DNA of 64,000 bases from an uncultured Solirubrobacteraceae bacterium (GTDB lineage: Bacteria; Actinomycetota; Thermoleophilia; Solirubrobacterales; Solirubrobacteraceae): positions 33,966-97,965 of the forward strand of contig CAZPQW010000013.1 of assembly GCA_964588985.1 (NCBI GenBank), given 5' to 3'. Position 1 is the stretch's first letter. Every line of letters begins with the position of its first letter. Both the position numbers and the translations under genes were made by a program. The notes under the pieces were generated by a model, which was given only the letters and a program-made list of their open reading frames with translations, was not told where the DNA came from and searched no databases. Shown here one piece after another: positions 28,960 to 39,007 of the stretch.

Positions 28960-28987
28960 TCGACCAGTCGATGGTCGACATGTCAAC
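28960..28987 (+). promoter_or_regulatory. Candidate operator upstream of amino-acid ABC operon
   Basis: TCGACCA-N5-TGGTCGA inverted repeat overlapping near-palindrome GTCGACATGTCAAC, downstream of TATACT. Confidence 0.4.
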
Positions 28988-29007
28988 ACCCCATTGAGGA
29001 GGTTCCG

Positions 29008-29910
29008 ATGAGCAAGCTGGTCGCCCGACTTGGCGTACCTGCGCTCACCGTTCTCGTGCTTGCCGGCTGCGGCAGTTCAAACAGCACGAGCTCGACGGCG
29101 ACCACGACTGAAACGTCTGGGTCGAACAGCGCCAACGCGGCAATCGCCGCACAGGTACCCGCAGCAATCAAATCCAAGGGCACGCTGACGGTTGCGGCCG
29201 ACGCGACCTACGCGCCGAACGAGTTCATCGCCTCCGACGGTCACACCGTGGTCGGCATGGACGCGGACCTGATGCAGGCGCTGGGCACCGTGATGGGTCT
29301 GAAGGTGAAGATGGTGAACGCCACCTTCGACACGATCATCCCCGGCTTGGCCGCCGGCAAGTACGACGTCGGCGCATCGTCTTTCACTGACACCAAGGAA
29401 CGCGAGAAGACAGTCGACTTCGTCGACTACTTCTCCGCCGGCATCTCCTTCTACGCCAAGGCCGGCGCGAACACCGGCGTGAAAACGGTCGAAGACCTGT
29501 GCGGCAAGAAGGTCTCCGTGGAGAAGGGCACCACGGAGGAAGAAGAAGCGAAAGCCCAGGGCGGGAAGTGCACCAAAGCGGGCAAGCAGTCGGTGACGGT
29601 GCTCGTGTACCCGAACCAGAACGGCGCCAACCTCGCGATCTCGAGCGGTCGCGCGGAACTCGGCATGGCCGACTCGCCGATCGCCGCCTACCAGGTGAAG
29701 CAGTCGAGCGGCGCGTTTGCGCTCGTCGGCGAAACCTACGGCGCAGCCCCGTACGGGCTCGCGATCCCCAAAGGCACCGGCATGACGACGCCGATCCTCG
29801 CGGCGCTGAAGACGCTGATCGCCAACGGCACCTACACGCAGATCCTCACCAAGTGGGGCGTGCAGGCGGGAGCGATAACGACGCCCGCGATCAACGGGGC
29901 GACGAGCTAG
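29008..29910 (+). CDS. Polar amino acid ABC transporter substrate-binding lipoprotein
   Basis: Lipobox LAGC; [22 protein letters not shown]; GGAGG RBS. Confidence 0.9.
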   Translation: MSKLVARLGVPALTVLVLAGCGSSNSTSSTATTTETSGSNSANAAIAAQVPAAIKSKGTLTVAADATYAPNEFIASDGHTVVGMDADLMQALGTVMGLKVKMVNATFDTIIPGLAAGKYDVGASSFTDTKEREKTVDFVDYFSAGISFYAKAGANTGVKTVEDLCGKKVSVEKGTTEEEEAKAQGGKCTKAGKQSVTVLVYPNQNGANLAISSGRAELGMADSPIAAYQVKQSSGAFALVGETYGAAPYGLAIPKGTGMTTPILAALKTLIANGTYTQILTKWGVQAGAITTPAINGATS

Positions 29911-29920
29911 CAGCAAGCCG

Positions 29921-30793
29921 GTGTCCTCCTCCGAGGCCACCAGCGGATCGGGACCGCCCGAGGAGATTCGGGCGGTCCCGGTTCGACGCCCCGGCCGCTG
30001 GATCGCGGCCGCGATCGTGGTGGTGGTCGCGGCCGCGCTGATTCGCTCGGTTGTGACCAACCCGCGCTTCGAATGGAGCGTCGTCGGCAACTACCTGTTC
30101 GACCAGCGCATCCTCGAAGGGCTCGTGGTGACGATCGAGCTGACGGTGATCGCGATGGCGATCGGCGTCGTGCTCGGTGTGCTGCTGGCGGTGATGCGCG
30201 TGTCGAGCAACCCGCTCGTGTCGCGAGCGAGCTGGCTGTACATCTGGTTCTTCCGCGGGACGCCCGTTCTCGTGCAGTTGTTGTTCTGGTACAACATCGC
30301 CGCCTTGTACCCGAAGCTCGGGCTCGGCATCCCCTTCGGCCCCGCGTTCGTGCACCCGGACGTGAACACGCTGATCACCGCGTTCAGGGCCGCGGTGCTC
30401 GGCCTCGGGCTCAACGAGGGCGCGTACATGGCCGAGATCGTCCGCGCGGGGATGATCTCCGTCGACGAGGGGCAGGCCCACGCCGCGCAGTCGCTGGGTA
30501 TGACGCGTGTGCAGACGATGCGCCGGATCGTGCTGCCGCAGGCGATGCGCGTGATCATCCCGCCGACCGGCAACGAGACGATCTCGATGCTCAAGACCAC
30601 CTCGCTCGCGAGCGTGATCGCCGTTACCGAGCTGCTGTATTCGGCCGAACAGATCTTCGCGGTCAACTACAAGACGATCCCGCTGCTGATCACCGCGAGC
30701 GTCTGGTACATCGTGTGCACCAGCATCCTGTACGTCGGCCAGCACCACCTCGAGCGCTACTTCGGTCGCGGCGCCACTCGTGAGGTTCGCTGA
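29921..30793 (+). CDS. Polar amino acid ABC transporter permease
   Basis: [29 protein letters not shown]. Confidence 0.92.
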   Translation: MSSSEATSGSGPPEEIRAVPVRRPGRWIAAAIVVVVAAALIRSVVTNPRFEWSVVGNYLFDQRILEGLVVTIELTVIAMAIGVVLGVLLAVMRVSSNPLVSRASWLYIWFFRGTPVLVQLLFWYNIAALYPKLGLGIPFGPAFVHPDVNTLITAFRAAVLGLGLNEGAYMAEIVRAGMISVDEGQAHAAQSLGMTRVQTMRRIVLPQAMRVIIPPTGNETISMLKTTSLASVIAVTELLYSAEQIFAVNYKTIPLLITASVWYIVCTSILYVGQHHLERYFGRGATREVR

Positions 30794-31557
30794 TGAGCAC
30801 GCCGATGGTCAACGCCGAATCGGTGCACAAGCGCTTCGGCCGCCAGGAGGTCCTCAAGGGGATCACCTTGAGCGTGGCGCCCGGCGAGGTGATGTGCCTG
30901 CTCGGCCCGTCCGGCTCGGGCAAGTCGACGTTCCTTCGCTGCATCAATCATTTGGAGAAAATCCAGGCCGGCCGACTGTTCGTCGACGGCGAGCTCGTCG
31001 GCTACCGCCAGGTGGGGGAGAAGCTGCACGAGCTGCACGAGCGCGAGGTGACGCACAAGCGCGCGGAGATCGGGATGGTCTTTCAGCACTTCAACCTGTT
31101 CCCCCACATGACCGCGCTCGGCAACGTCACGTGCGCGCCGATGTGCGTGAAGAAGATCGGACGAGAGCAGGCGCGCGAGCGAGGGGCGGAGCTGCTCGGG
31201 CGAGTGGGGCTCGCCGACAAGCTCGACGCGTATCCCGCGCAGCTCTCCGGCGGACAGCAGCAACGCGTGGCGATCGCGCGGGCGCTCGCGATGGAGCCGA
31301 AGCTGATGCTGTTCGACGAGCCCACCTCGGCGCTCGACCCGGAGCTGGTGGGCGAGGTGCTCGCCGTGATGAAGCAGCTCGCCGGCGCGGGCATGACGAT
31401 GATCGTCGTCACTCACGAGATCGGCTTCGCGCGCGAGGTCGCGGACACGGTCGTCTTCATGGACGGCGGCGTGGTGGTCGAGTCCGGCCCGCCCGCCGAC
31501 GTGCTGGGCAACCCGCGCAACGAGCGCACGCGCGCGTTTCTGTCGAAGGTGCTGTAG
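30793..31557 (+). CDS. Polar amino acid ABC transporter ATP-binding protein
   Basis: [28 protein letters not shown]. Confidence 0.93.
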   Translation: MSTPMVNAESVHKRFGRQEVLKGITLSVAPGEVMCLLGPSGSGKSTFLRCINHLEKIQAGRLFVDGELVGYRQVGEKLHELHEREVTHKRAEIGMVFQHFNLFPHMTALGNVTCAPMCVKKIGREQARERGAELLGRVGLADKLDAYPAQLSGGQQQRVAIARALAMEPKLMLFDEPTSALDPELVGEVLAVMKQLAGAGMTMIVVTHEIGFAREVADTVVFMDGGVVVESGPPADVLGNPRNERTRAFLSKVL

Positions 31558-31562
31558 CCCTC

Positions 31563-32666
31563 TCAGCCGAGGTGGGCGTCGAGGCGTTCGAGCGCCTGCG
31601 GCAGGCTCGTGCGCCCGAAGCCGATACGCACGTGCGACGGGCGCCCGTAGACGGTGCCCGGCAGCAGCAGCACGCCCGCCTGCTCGGCCGTCTGCTCGCA
31701 CCACGCCTCCACGTCGCGCTCGTCGCGCACGCGCGGGAAGCCGATCGGCCCGGCGCTCGGTCGCACCCACTCGAACAGGTCGCCGCGGCGCGCGAGGAAC
31801 CCCTCGACGAGCGGGAGGTTCGCGAGCACGATCCCGCGACAGCGTTCCATCAGCTGGTCGGCGTGGCGCAGAGCGACCGCCACGAGCAGTTCGCTGGGCG
31901 CGCTCGAGCAGATCGTCGTGTAGAGCTTCAGTTCCCTGATCTTCGCGAGCAGCTCCCGGTCGCGGCACGCGAGCCAGCCGATCCGCAGGCCGGGCAGCCC
32001 GTAGGCCTTGGACACGGTGTTGAGCGAGATCACCCGCTCGTAGAGATCGCACGCCGCGGGCAGCCTGTCGGCGAGGTCGTGCTCGAGTCCGCGGTAGACC
32101 TCGTCGCTGAAGAGGATCAGCTCGCGCTCACGCGCGATCTCCACGAGCCGCTCGAGCGTCGCGCGAGGCATGTGCGAGCCGGTGGGGTTGTGCGGGCTAT
32201 TGACGTAGATCAGCTTCGTGTTCGCGCGCAGCAGCCCCTCGAGCGCGTCGAGGTCGTAGGCCCAGCCGTCCTCGTGCGTGCGCTCCCACAGCGACACCGA
32301 CGCGCCTGTGCTGCGTGCGAGCTCGATCGCGGAGCCATAGCAGGGCGCCTCGACCACCACGTGGTCGCCGGGGCCGAGCAGCGCGTGGTAGGCGACGAAG
32401 ATCCCCTCCTCGGCGGCCGCGAGCGTGAGCACATCGTCGGGCTCGATCCGCTCGAAGCCCGACGCAACCGCGGTGCGCAGCTCGAGCGAGCCGGGAACCT
32501 CGGTGTAGCCGAGCCGCAGGTCGAGCAGCCGCTGTCCCGCGTCGTCCTCGAGCGCGAGTACCTCGATCACCGACAGCGACTCGCAGTCGCTGCTGGAGAG
32601 CATCAGCTCGGCGCGGAACTCCCAGCGCTCGTAGAAGCGCTCGATCTCAAACGGGGCTATCCGCAT
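31563..32666 (-). CDS. PLP-dependent aminotransferase class I/II
   Basis: NSPHNPTG, SDEVY, SKAYGLPGLRIGW. Confidence 0.88.
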   Translation of the reverse strand: MRIAPFEIERFYERWEFRAELMLSSSDCESLSVIEVLALEDDAGQRLLDLRLGYTEVPGSLELRTAVASGFERIEPDDVLTLAAAEEGIFVAYHALLGPGDHVVVEAPCYGSAIELARSTGASVSLWERTHEDGWAYDLDALEGLLRANTKLIYVNSPHNPTGSHMPRATLERLVEIARERELILFSDEVYRGLEHDLADRLPAACDLYERVISLNTVSKAYGLPGLRIGWLACRDRELLAKIRELKLYTTICSSAPSELLVAVALRHADQLMERCRGIVLANLPLVEGFLARRGDLFEWVRPSAGPIGFPRVRDERDVEAWCEQTAEQAGVLLLPGTVYGRPSHVRIGFGRTSLPQALERLDAHLG

Positions 32667-32675
32667 TGCGCGACC

Positions 32676-33539
32676 TCAGACGGTCGTGGGCTGGTCCTCG
32701 CCGCCGCGCGCGTCGATCTCCCGCAGCATCGCCTGCCCCTTCGCGTCGCGCTCGAGCCGAGCGTCGAGTAGCGGGCCGGTCACGCCGCGCAGCATCGCCA
32801 GCACCGCCCAGCGACGAGGGGCGATGATGCGCGCCTTGCGCTGCTCGATCCCCTGCACGATCGCCTCGCCGGCGGCCGACGGAGCGAGGCGCTTGCGCAG
32901 CAGGGCGGGCAGTTGCGAGGTCAGCTTGCTCGCGAGCGGGTCGTGGTCGAGGCCCTGGTGGACCATTTCGGTGTCGATGAAGCCGAAGTACGCGACGCTC
33001 GCGCTCGCGCCGTGCTGGACGAGCTCGACCCGCAGCGCGCGGCCGAGCTGCTCCACGCCGGCCTTGCTCATCGCGTATGACGAGAGCCCCACACCGTTGA
33101 AGAACGCGTACACCGAGGAGACCACCACCACGTGCCCCTTGCGGCGCACGATCTCCGGCAGCGCGGCGTCGACGGTCCGGTAGACGCCCATCAGGTTGAC
33201 CTCGAGCACACGCTCGAAGCTCTCGTGTGTGGCCGCGCGAAACGTCGCCACGCGAGGGGCGATGCCGGCGTTGGCGACCACCACGTCGAGGCCGCCGAAG
33301 CGCTCGACCGTCTCCGCCACCGCGCGCTGCATCGCTCCGCGGTCGGTCACGTCGGCGGCGATGCCTAGCGCGCGGGTGTCGTGGATCTCCGCGGCGGACT
33401 GCATCACCGCGTCGCCGTGGATGTCGACGATCGCCACCGACGCGCCGCGCGCCGACAGCGCACGGGCGGTGGCGAGGCCAATACCTCTGGCCCCGCCGGT
33501 GACGAGCGCCACCTTCCCGTTCAGGTCGTACTGCGCCAT
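32676..33539 (-). CDS. Short-chain dehydrogenase/reductase
   Basis: TGGARGIG, ANAG, YAMSK. Confidence 0.9.
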   Translation of the reverse strand: MAQYDLNGKVALVTGGARGIGLATARALSARGASVAIVDIHGDAVMQSAAEIHDTRALGIAADVTDRGAMQRAVAETVERFGGLDVVVANAGIAPRVATFRAATHESFERVLEVNLMGVYRTVDAALPEIVRRKGHVVVVSSVYAFFNGVGLSSYAMSKAGVEQLGRALRVELVQHGASASVAYFGFIDTEMVHQGLDHDPLASKLTSQLPALLRKRLAPSAAGEAIVQGIEQRKARIIAPRRWAVLAMLRGVTGPLLDARLERDAKGQAMLREIDARGGEDQPTTV

Positions 33540-33549
33540 GTGGCGAACT

Positions 33550-34035
33550 CTACGGACTGGTCGGCAACCCGAGCTTCGCGCTGAGCGCGTTGTCGGAGGT
33601 CTTGACCTCCTGGGCGTTCGCCACGAGCGCCTCCGCCGCTGCTTTGGCGGCAGCCGCGTCGTTGGCCGCAGCGGCAGCCTCGATCGCGTGCAGCGACCCC
33701 GCCACCTGCGTGACGCTCGACTGCAGCGTCGCCAGTTCGCCCTTGTACTGAGCCGGAGCTTCGAGCTGACTGAGCGCGCCGGCGAGCACAGTCGCGCGCG
33801 AGCCGAGCGACTGGAACTGGTTCATGAGCGCGTTGTCGGACTGGCTCTTCGCCCCTTCCACGGCCGCACCCACGTCTTCGCCGAGCTTCGTCAGCTTGGC
33901 CTTGTCGGCGGCGAACGCGGCCTTGAAGATCGCCATGGGGCTCGGGCCTGTGCTGGTGGTCGTGCTGGTCTTGCTGCTGCCGCAGCCCGCGAGCGCGAGC
34001 AGGGCGAGGATCAGTAGGGAACTGGCGCGACGCAT
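33550..34035 (-). CDS. Hypothetical helical lipoprotein
   Basis: Start MRRASSLLILALLALAGC (lipobox), Ala-rich helical body. Confidence 0.7.
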   Translation of the reverse strand: MRRASSLLILALLALAGCGSSKTSTTTSTGPSPMAIFKAAFAADKAKLTKLGEDVGAAVEGAKSQSDNALMNQFQSLGSRATVLAGALSQLEAPAQYKGELATLQSSVTQVAGSLHAIEAAAAANDAAAAKAAAEALVANAQEVKTSDNALSAKLGLPTSP

Positions 34036-34144
34036 GAAACCCCCCGGTTTGCGTTGAAGTGGCGTGCCGGCGGCGATCGGCGCCGCGGAGCCCAGGACCC
34101 TACCCCACGGCCCCACACGTCAACTCGTAGAGTCTCCTGCTGTC

Positions 34145-35308
34145 ATGACCACCGTCCACACACAGGTCGCGGTCATCGGGGGAGGCGTAGTCGGCTGCGC
34201 GGTCGCGCACGCGCTCGCGCGGCGCGGTGTGAGCTGCACGGTCCTGGAGGCCGAGCCGGGCTTGGCGCTAGGGGCAAGCGGCACCAACTCCGGCATCCTG
34301 CACACGGGCTTCGACTCCACGCCAGGCGAGCTCGAGACCGAGCTGATCCTGCGCTCGGCGGCGCTGCGCGGGGAGCTGCTCGACGAGCTCGGGGTGGAGA
34401 GCTGGCGCTGCGGGGCGCTACTGGCTCCGAGCAGCTCGGAGGAGACCGCCGCGGTCGAGCGGCTCGCCGCCAACGCGCGCACCAACGGCGTCGAGGCGCA
34501 CCTCGACGGTGACGGCGCGCTGAGTGTGCCCGGGGAGGCGGTGAGCGACCCAGTGGCGTTTGTGCACGCGCTCGCCCGCGCGGCGCAGACGGGAGACGCG
34601 ACGGTGCAGCTCGGCGCGCGGGTCGTCGGCCTCGCGAGCAGGAGCGGTGGAGGGGTCGTCGTGGAGCTGGCCGGCGGAGAGAGCGTGCACGCGCAGGCCT
34701 CGGTGAACTGCGCGGGGCTCTACGCCGACGAGGTTGCGGGCATGGCCAGCGAGCAGCCCGTGAGCGTGTATCCGCGCAAGGGCGAGTTCCTCGTGTTCGA
34801 GCTGCCCGAGGGCGAGCCGCTCGAGCGGATCCTCTTGCCGATTCCGTCCTCGCTCGGCAAGGGCGTGCTCGTGTTCCCCACGCTCGACCGCCGCCACGCG
34901 ATCGCCGGGCCGACCGCGCGCGAGCGTGAGGACAAGAGCGACTGGTCGGTCGAGGCCGACGCCGAGGAGCTGATCCTCGCGAAGGCCGTGCGCATGTACC
35001 CGCCGCTCGCGCGTGCCATGCGGCTCGGGAAGTACGCCGGGCTGCGGACCGCTGGGCGCGACGGCGCGAACTACGTCATCGAGCGCTCGCGCACACTGGA
35101 TGGGCTTGTGCACGTCGCCGCGATCCGCTCCACCGGCCTGTCCGCGTCACTGGGGATCGGCGAGCACGTCGTCGGGATGCTCGCCGAGCAGGGCGCGATC
35201 GAGCCCGGGCCCGTGCGTGCGCTGTCAGCTCCCGCCGAGCCGCCGCCATCGTCCATACGGTGGTGGGAGCGCTCGGTGAGATATCGCGAGATCTCACGAA
35301 CGCCATGA
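34145..35308 (+). CDS. FAD-dependent oxidoreductase (glycerol-3-phosphate dehydrogenase / LhgO-like)
   Basis: GGGVVG, SGTNSGILHTG, NCAGLYAD, PRKGEF, IRSTGLSAS; coupled to FGGY kinase by ATGA overlap. Confidence 0.85.
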   Translation: MTTVHTQVAVIGGGVVGCAVAHALARRGVSCTVLEAEPGLALGASGTNSGILHTGFDSTPGELETELILRSAALRGELLDELGVESWRCGALLAPSSSEETAAVERLAANARTNGVEAHLDGDGALSVPGEAVSDPVAFVHALARAAQTGDATVQLGARVVGLASRSGGGVVVELAGGESVHAQASVNCAGLYADEVAGMASEQPVSVYPRKGEFLVFELPEGEPLERILLPIPSSLGKGVLVFPTLDRRHAIAGPTAREREDKSDWSVEADAEELILAKAVRMYPPLARAMRLGKYAGLRTAGRDGANYVIERSRTLDGLVHVAAIRSTGLSASLGIGEHVVGMLAEQGAIEPGPVRALSAPAEPPPSSIRWWERSVRYREISRTP

Positions 35309-36768
35309 GCTCGGCGCTGCTGCTCGGGATCGACGAGGGCACCACCGCGGTCAAGGTCGCCCTGTTCGATCTCGACCTGCAGCCCGTCGCGGAGGCGCGT
35401 CGGGGTGTGCCCGTCACCCACCCGCAGCCGGGCTGGGTGGAGCAGGACCCCGAGCTGATCCTCGCCGCGGTCATCGACGCCGTCGCCGCGGTTCTCGAGC
35501 AGGCAGACGGACGCGAGGTGATCGCCGCGGGCCTCGACCACCAGGGCGAGTCGGTGCTCGCGTGGGACGCCGACAGCGGGCGGGCGCTCACGCCGGTGAT
35601 CGTGTGGCAGGACAAGCGCCACGAGGCTTTGCTGGAGCAGATCGGCGCGGAGGCGGTCGAGCCCTCGGGCCTGCCGCTCGACCCGTACTTCTCCGCCGGC
35701 AAGCTCGCGTGGCTGCTCGCCAACGACGCCGGCGTGCAACGAGCGCGCGACTCCGGAACGCTGCGCCTCGGAACGGTCGACGCCTTCCTCGTCGAGCGGC
35801 TCGGCGGGCGTTCCGCCACCGACCTCTCCACCGCCTCGCGCACGCAGCTGCTCGCACTCGGCGGGCGCGACTGGGACGAGCGGCTGCTGTCGAGCTTCGG
35901 CGTGCGGCGCGAGTGGCTGCCAACCGTCGGCCCCAGCTTTGGCGAGCTTGGCGAACTCCGCCACACCAGCTGGCCTGTCGCGATCCCACTGGCCGCGCAG
36001 CTCGTCGACCAGCAGGCGGCACTCGCCGGTTCGGGAGCTGTGGCGCCGGGAGAGCTGAAGGCCACGTATGGCACCGGCGTGTTCGTGCTCGGGCGCACCG
36101 ACGGCCCTCGGCCCGCACCGGGGCTGCTGCCGACGGTCGCGTGGGCCGCACCGGATGCGGACCGCGGCGTTGGTGAGGTCGCGCACGCGCTCGACGGCGG
36201 CGTGTTCGCTGCGGGAGCGCTGCTCGACTGGCTCGCGCAGGGACTCGGGCTCGCCGACGACGCACCCGCGCTCGCCGCGTCCGCTGCACGGGTTGGCGAC
36301 AGCGCGGGAGTCCGCGTTTTGCCGGCACTCTCCGGGCTCGGAGCTCCATGGTGGCAGCCGGGCGCGCACGGTGTGATCGCGGGACTGCACGCGGGCGTCC
36401 GCCCGGGACACGTCGCGCACGCCGCGCTGGAGGCGATCGCGTGGCGGGTCGCCGACATCGTCGAGGCGATGGCGGAGGTCGCGCCGGTGGAGAGCGTGCG
36501 CGTCGACGGCGGCCTCACCAACGACGACACCCTGCTGCGGATCCAGGCGGACGCGCTCGATGTCCCGCTGATCGTCAACCGCAGCGACGTCACCGTGCTC
36601 GGCGCGGCGATGCTCGCGGGCGTCGGCGCTGGGGTGTTCGCGAGCGTGCGAGACGCCGCAGAGCTGCTGCCCGAGGGGCGGCGTGTGAGCGCGGGCGGCG
36701 ATCCCGCGGAGCGGGCGAGAGCGCGAGCGGCCTGGAAGGAGTTCGTGGCTGGGAGTGCGAGGTTGTAG
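35305..36768 (+). CDS. FGGY family kinase (glycerol kinase-like)
   Basis: GIDEGTT, PGWVEQDP, IVWQDKR, DPYFSAGK, DQQAAL, TYGTG, RVDGG. Confidence 0.87.
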   Translation: MSSALLLGIDEGTTAVKVALFDLDLQPVAEARRGVPVTHPQPGWVEQDPELILAAVIDAVAAVLEQADGREVIAAGLDHQGESVLAWDADSGRALTPVIVWQDKRHEALLEQIGAEAVEPSGLPLDPYFSAGKLAWLLANDAGVQRARDSGTLRLGTVDAFLVERLGGRSATDLSTASRTQLLALGGRDWDERLLSSFGVRREWLPTVGPSFGELGELRHTSWPVAIPLAAQLVDQQAALAGSGAVAPGELKATYGTGVFVLGRTDGPRPAPGLLPTVAWAAPDADRGVGEVAHALDGGVFAAGALLDWLAQGLGLADDAPALAASAARVGDSAGVRVLPALSGLGAPWWQPGAHGVIAGLHAGVRPGHVAHAALEAIAWRVADIVEAMAEVAPVESVRVDGGLTNDDTLLRIQADALDVPLIVNRSDVTVLGAAMLAGVGAGVFASVRDAAELLPEGRRVSAGGDPAERARARAAWKEFVAGSARL

Positions 36769-36773
36769 CGAGC

Positions 36774-37994
36774 CTAAGCCGGCGTGACGCCGTAGCCGGC
36801 CGCGGCGAGCGCCGCGAGCATCTCCTCGGTGTGGGCCGGGCCGCGTGTCTCGAGCGTCAGCTCCACTCCTGTCTCGCGCACGTGCAGCGACACCGCCTCG
36901 CGCACGTGCTCGAGGCTCACGAGGTTCGCGCGCGTCCCCGCCACGAGGCTCAACAGCTCCGCCAGGCCGCCCGGCCGGTCCGGCACGCGAGTGAAGATCC
37001 GCACGCGGCGGCCCTCCTCCGTTTCGCGGCGGCGCAACAGGCCGGCGAGCAGGCCCATGTCCACGTTGCCGCCCGACACGACCGCCACCGTCGCCCCATC
37101 CACCGGCTCGAGCCTTCCGCTCAGGAGCGCCGCCACCCCCACGGCGCCCGCGCCCTCCGCGACGAGCTTCGCGCGGTCGGCGAGGAACACCATCGCGTCC
37201 GCGATCTCGTCCTCGCTCACCGTCTCGACGGAGGAGACCAGCTCGCGCACCAGCCCCAGCGTGAGCTCGCCCGGACGCTTGATCGCGATGCCGTCCGCGA
37301 TCGTCGCCGTGGAGATCGACTCGGCGGCCGGCTCCGCTCCGCCCAACGTGGAGAGGTAGGGAGCGCACACGCGCGCCTGCACGCCCACCAGCTCCACGTC
37401 CACGCGGGCACGCCGCAGGGCGATGCCGACACCGCTGGAGAGACCGCCGCCGCCGAGGGGCACGATCACGCGCGCCACGTCGGGCACCTCCTCGAGCAGC
37501 TCCGCGCCTAGCGTACCCTGACCGGCGATCACGTCAAGGTCGTCGAACGGGTGCACGAACGCCGCGCCCGTGCGCTCCGCGGAGGCCAGCGCGAGCGCCA
37601 CGGACTCCTCGACCGAGCCGCCCTCGAGATGCACGTGAGCCCCAAGGCGCTCCACCGCCGCCACCTTCGACACGGCCGCGTCCTCGGGCATGAACACCTC
37701 GCAGCCGAGACCCTTCGCGCGGGCCGCGTACGCCACCGCGCGAGCATGGTTGCCCGCGCTCGCCGTCACCAGGCCTGCGGCCGCGCGATCTCCGAGAGCC
37801 GCGACCTTCGCGAGCGCGCCGCGCAGCTTGAACGACCCCGTCGCCTGCAGGCACTCCGCCTTCAGCAGCACCTTCGTGCCAGCCAGCTCCGAGAGCTCCT
37901 CGCACGCGAGCGACGGGGTGCGCCTCGCGACGCCCGCGATCGCGCGGGCGGCTCCCTCGAGGTCGGCTCCCGCGATCGGATCCAGGGTTGTCAT
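36774..37994 (-). CDS. ilvA: Threonine ammonia-lyase with C-terminal ACT domain
   Basis: TGSFKLRG, SAGNHA, HPFDD, GGGGL, SGGN, PDRPG. Confidence 0.88.
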   Translation of the reverse strand: MTTLDPIAGADLEGAARAIAGVARRTPSLACEELSELAGTKVLLKAECLQATGSFKLRGALAKVAALGDRAAAGLVTASAGNHARAVAYAARAKGLGCEVFMPEDAAVSKVAAVERLGAHVHLEGGSVEESVALALASAERTGAAFVHPFDDLDVIAGQGTLGAELLEEVPDVARVIVPLGGGGLSSGVGIALRRARVDVELVGVQARVCAPYLSTLGGAEPAAESISTATIADGIAIKRPGELTLGLVRELVSSVETVSEDEIADAMVFLADRAKLVAEGAGAVGVAALLSGRLEPVDGATVAVVSGGNVDMGLLAGLLRRRETEEGRRVRIFTRVPDRPGGLAELLSLVAGTRANLVSLEHVREAVSLHVRETGVELTLETRGPAHTEEMLAALAAAGYGVTPA

Positions 37995-38074
37995 TACGTT
38001 GAAGGTATAGGCTTCGTGCCTTATCGCGCAACGGCTGCGCGCACAATGGCGATGGCAATCAGCGTAGGGGAGCG

Positions 38075-39007
38075 GTGGGCGACCTCAACCACATCCTGCA
38101 GCGCCTGCAGCAGTCGCTCGGCCCACTGAGCGGCGAACCGGCCGCGCTCGACGGCGGCATCACCAACCGCAACTACCGCGTCACACTCGGCGCACGCGAC
38201 TACGTCGTGCGCCTGCCCGGCAAGGACACCGACCTGCTCGGCATCGACCGCGAGGCCGAGCGCGTGGCGAACAGCGCGGCCGCCGAGCTGGGCATCGCTC
38301 CCGCGGTGGCGCTCGCACTCGACGACTGCCTCGTGACGGAGTTCATCGAATGCGCCGCCGTGAGCGAGGGCGAGGTGGCCGACGGCGTGGAGGAGATAGC
38401 GGTCGCGCTGCGCGCGTTCCACGACTCCGGCACGAGCCTGCCCACGCGCTTCTGGGTGCCGGAGCTGCTGGCCGACTACGCCGAGATCGTGCGCCTGCGC
38501 GGGGGGACACTGCCGGCGGAGTACGAGCAGGTGGTGTCGGTCGCGAAGCGGATCGAGGCGGCGCTTCCGCTCACTGACCCGCGCCCGTGTCACGACGACC
38601 TGCTCGGCGGGAACATCATCCGCGCGCAGAGCGACGGGCGGCTGATGATCGTCGACTGGGAGTACGCGGGGATGGGCGACCCGCGCTTCGACCTCGGCAA
38701 CCTCGCCGTCAACAACGACCTCGACGAGGCCGCCGAGGAGCGCCTGCTAGCCGCCTACCACCGCGCCGCGCCGTCGGACTCCCAGCGCGCTGCGCTGAAG
38801 CTCATGCGCGTGCTCTCCGACGCGCGCGAGGGGGCGTGGGGGGTCGTCCAGGCGCACGTGTCCGAGCTCGACTTCGACTTCCACGGCTACGCCGCCGAGC
38901 ACTTCGAGCGCCTGCGCGCGGCCGTGGAGCAAGCCGACCACGCGGAACTAATAATCATTGCCAGCCAGTCGAACAGAGAGGACACATCGCGTGCCCAGAC
39001 CCCGTGA
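38075..39007 (+). CDS. Choline/ethanolamine kinase-like phosphotransferase
   Basis: GGITNRNY, IDREAE, CHDDL..N, VDWEYAGMGDPRFDL. Confidence 0.85.
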   Translation: MGDLNHILQRLQQSLGPLSGEPAALDGGITNRNYRVTLGARDYVVRLPGKDTDLLGIDREAERVANSAAAELGIAPAVALALDDCLVTEFIECAAVSEGEVADGVEEIAVALRAFHDSGTSLPTRFWVPELLADYAEIVRLRGGTLPAEYEQVVSVAKRIEAALPLTDPRPCHDDLLGGNIIRAQSDGRLMIVDWEYAGMGDPRFDLGNLAVNNDLDEAAEERLLAAYHRAAPSDSQRAALKLMRVLSDAREGAWGVVQAHVSELDFDFHGYAAEHFERLRAAVEQADHAELIIIASQSNREDTSRAQTP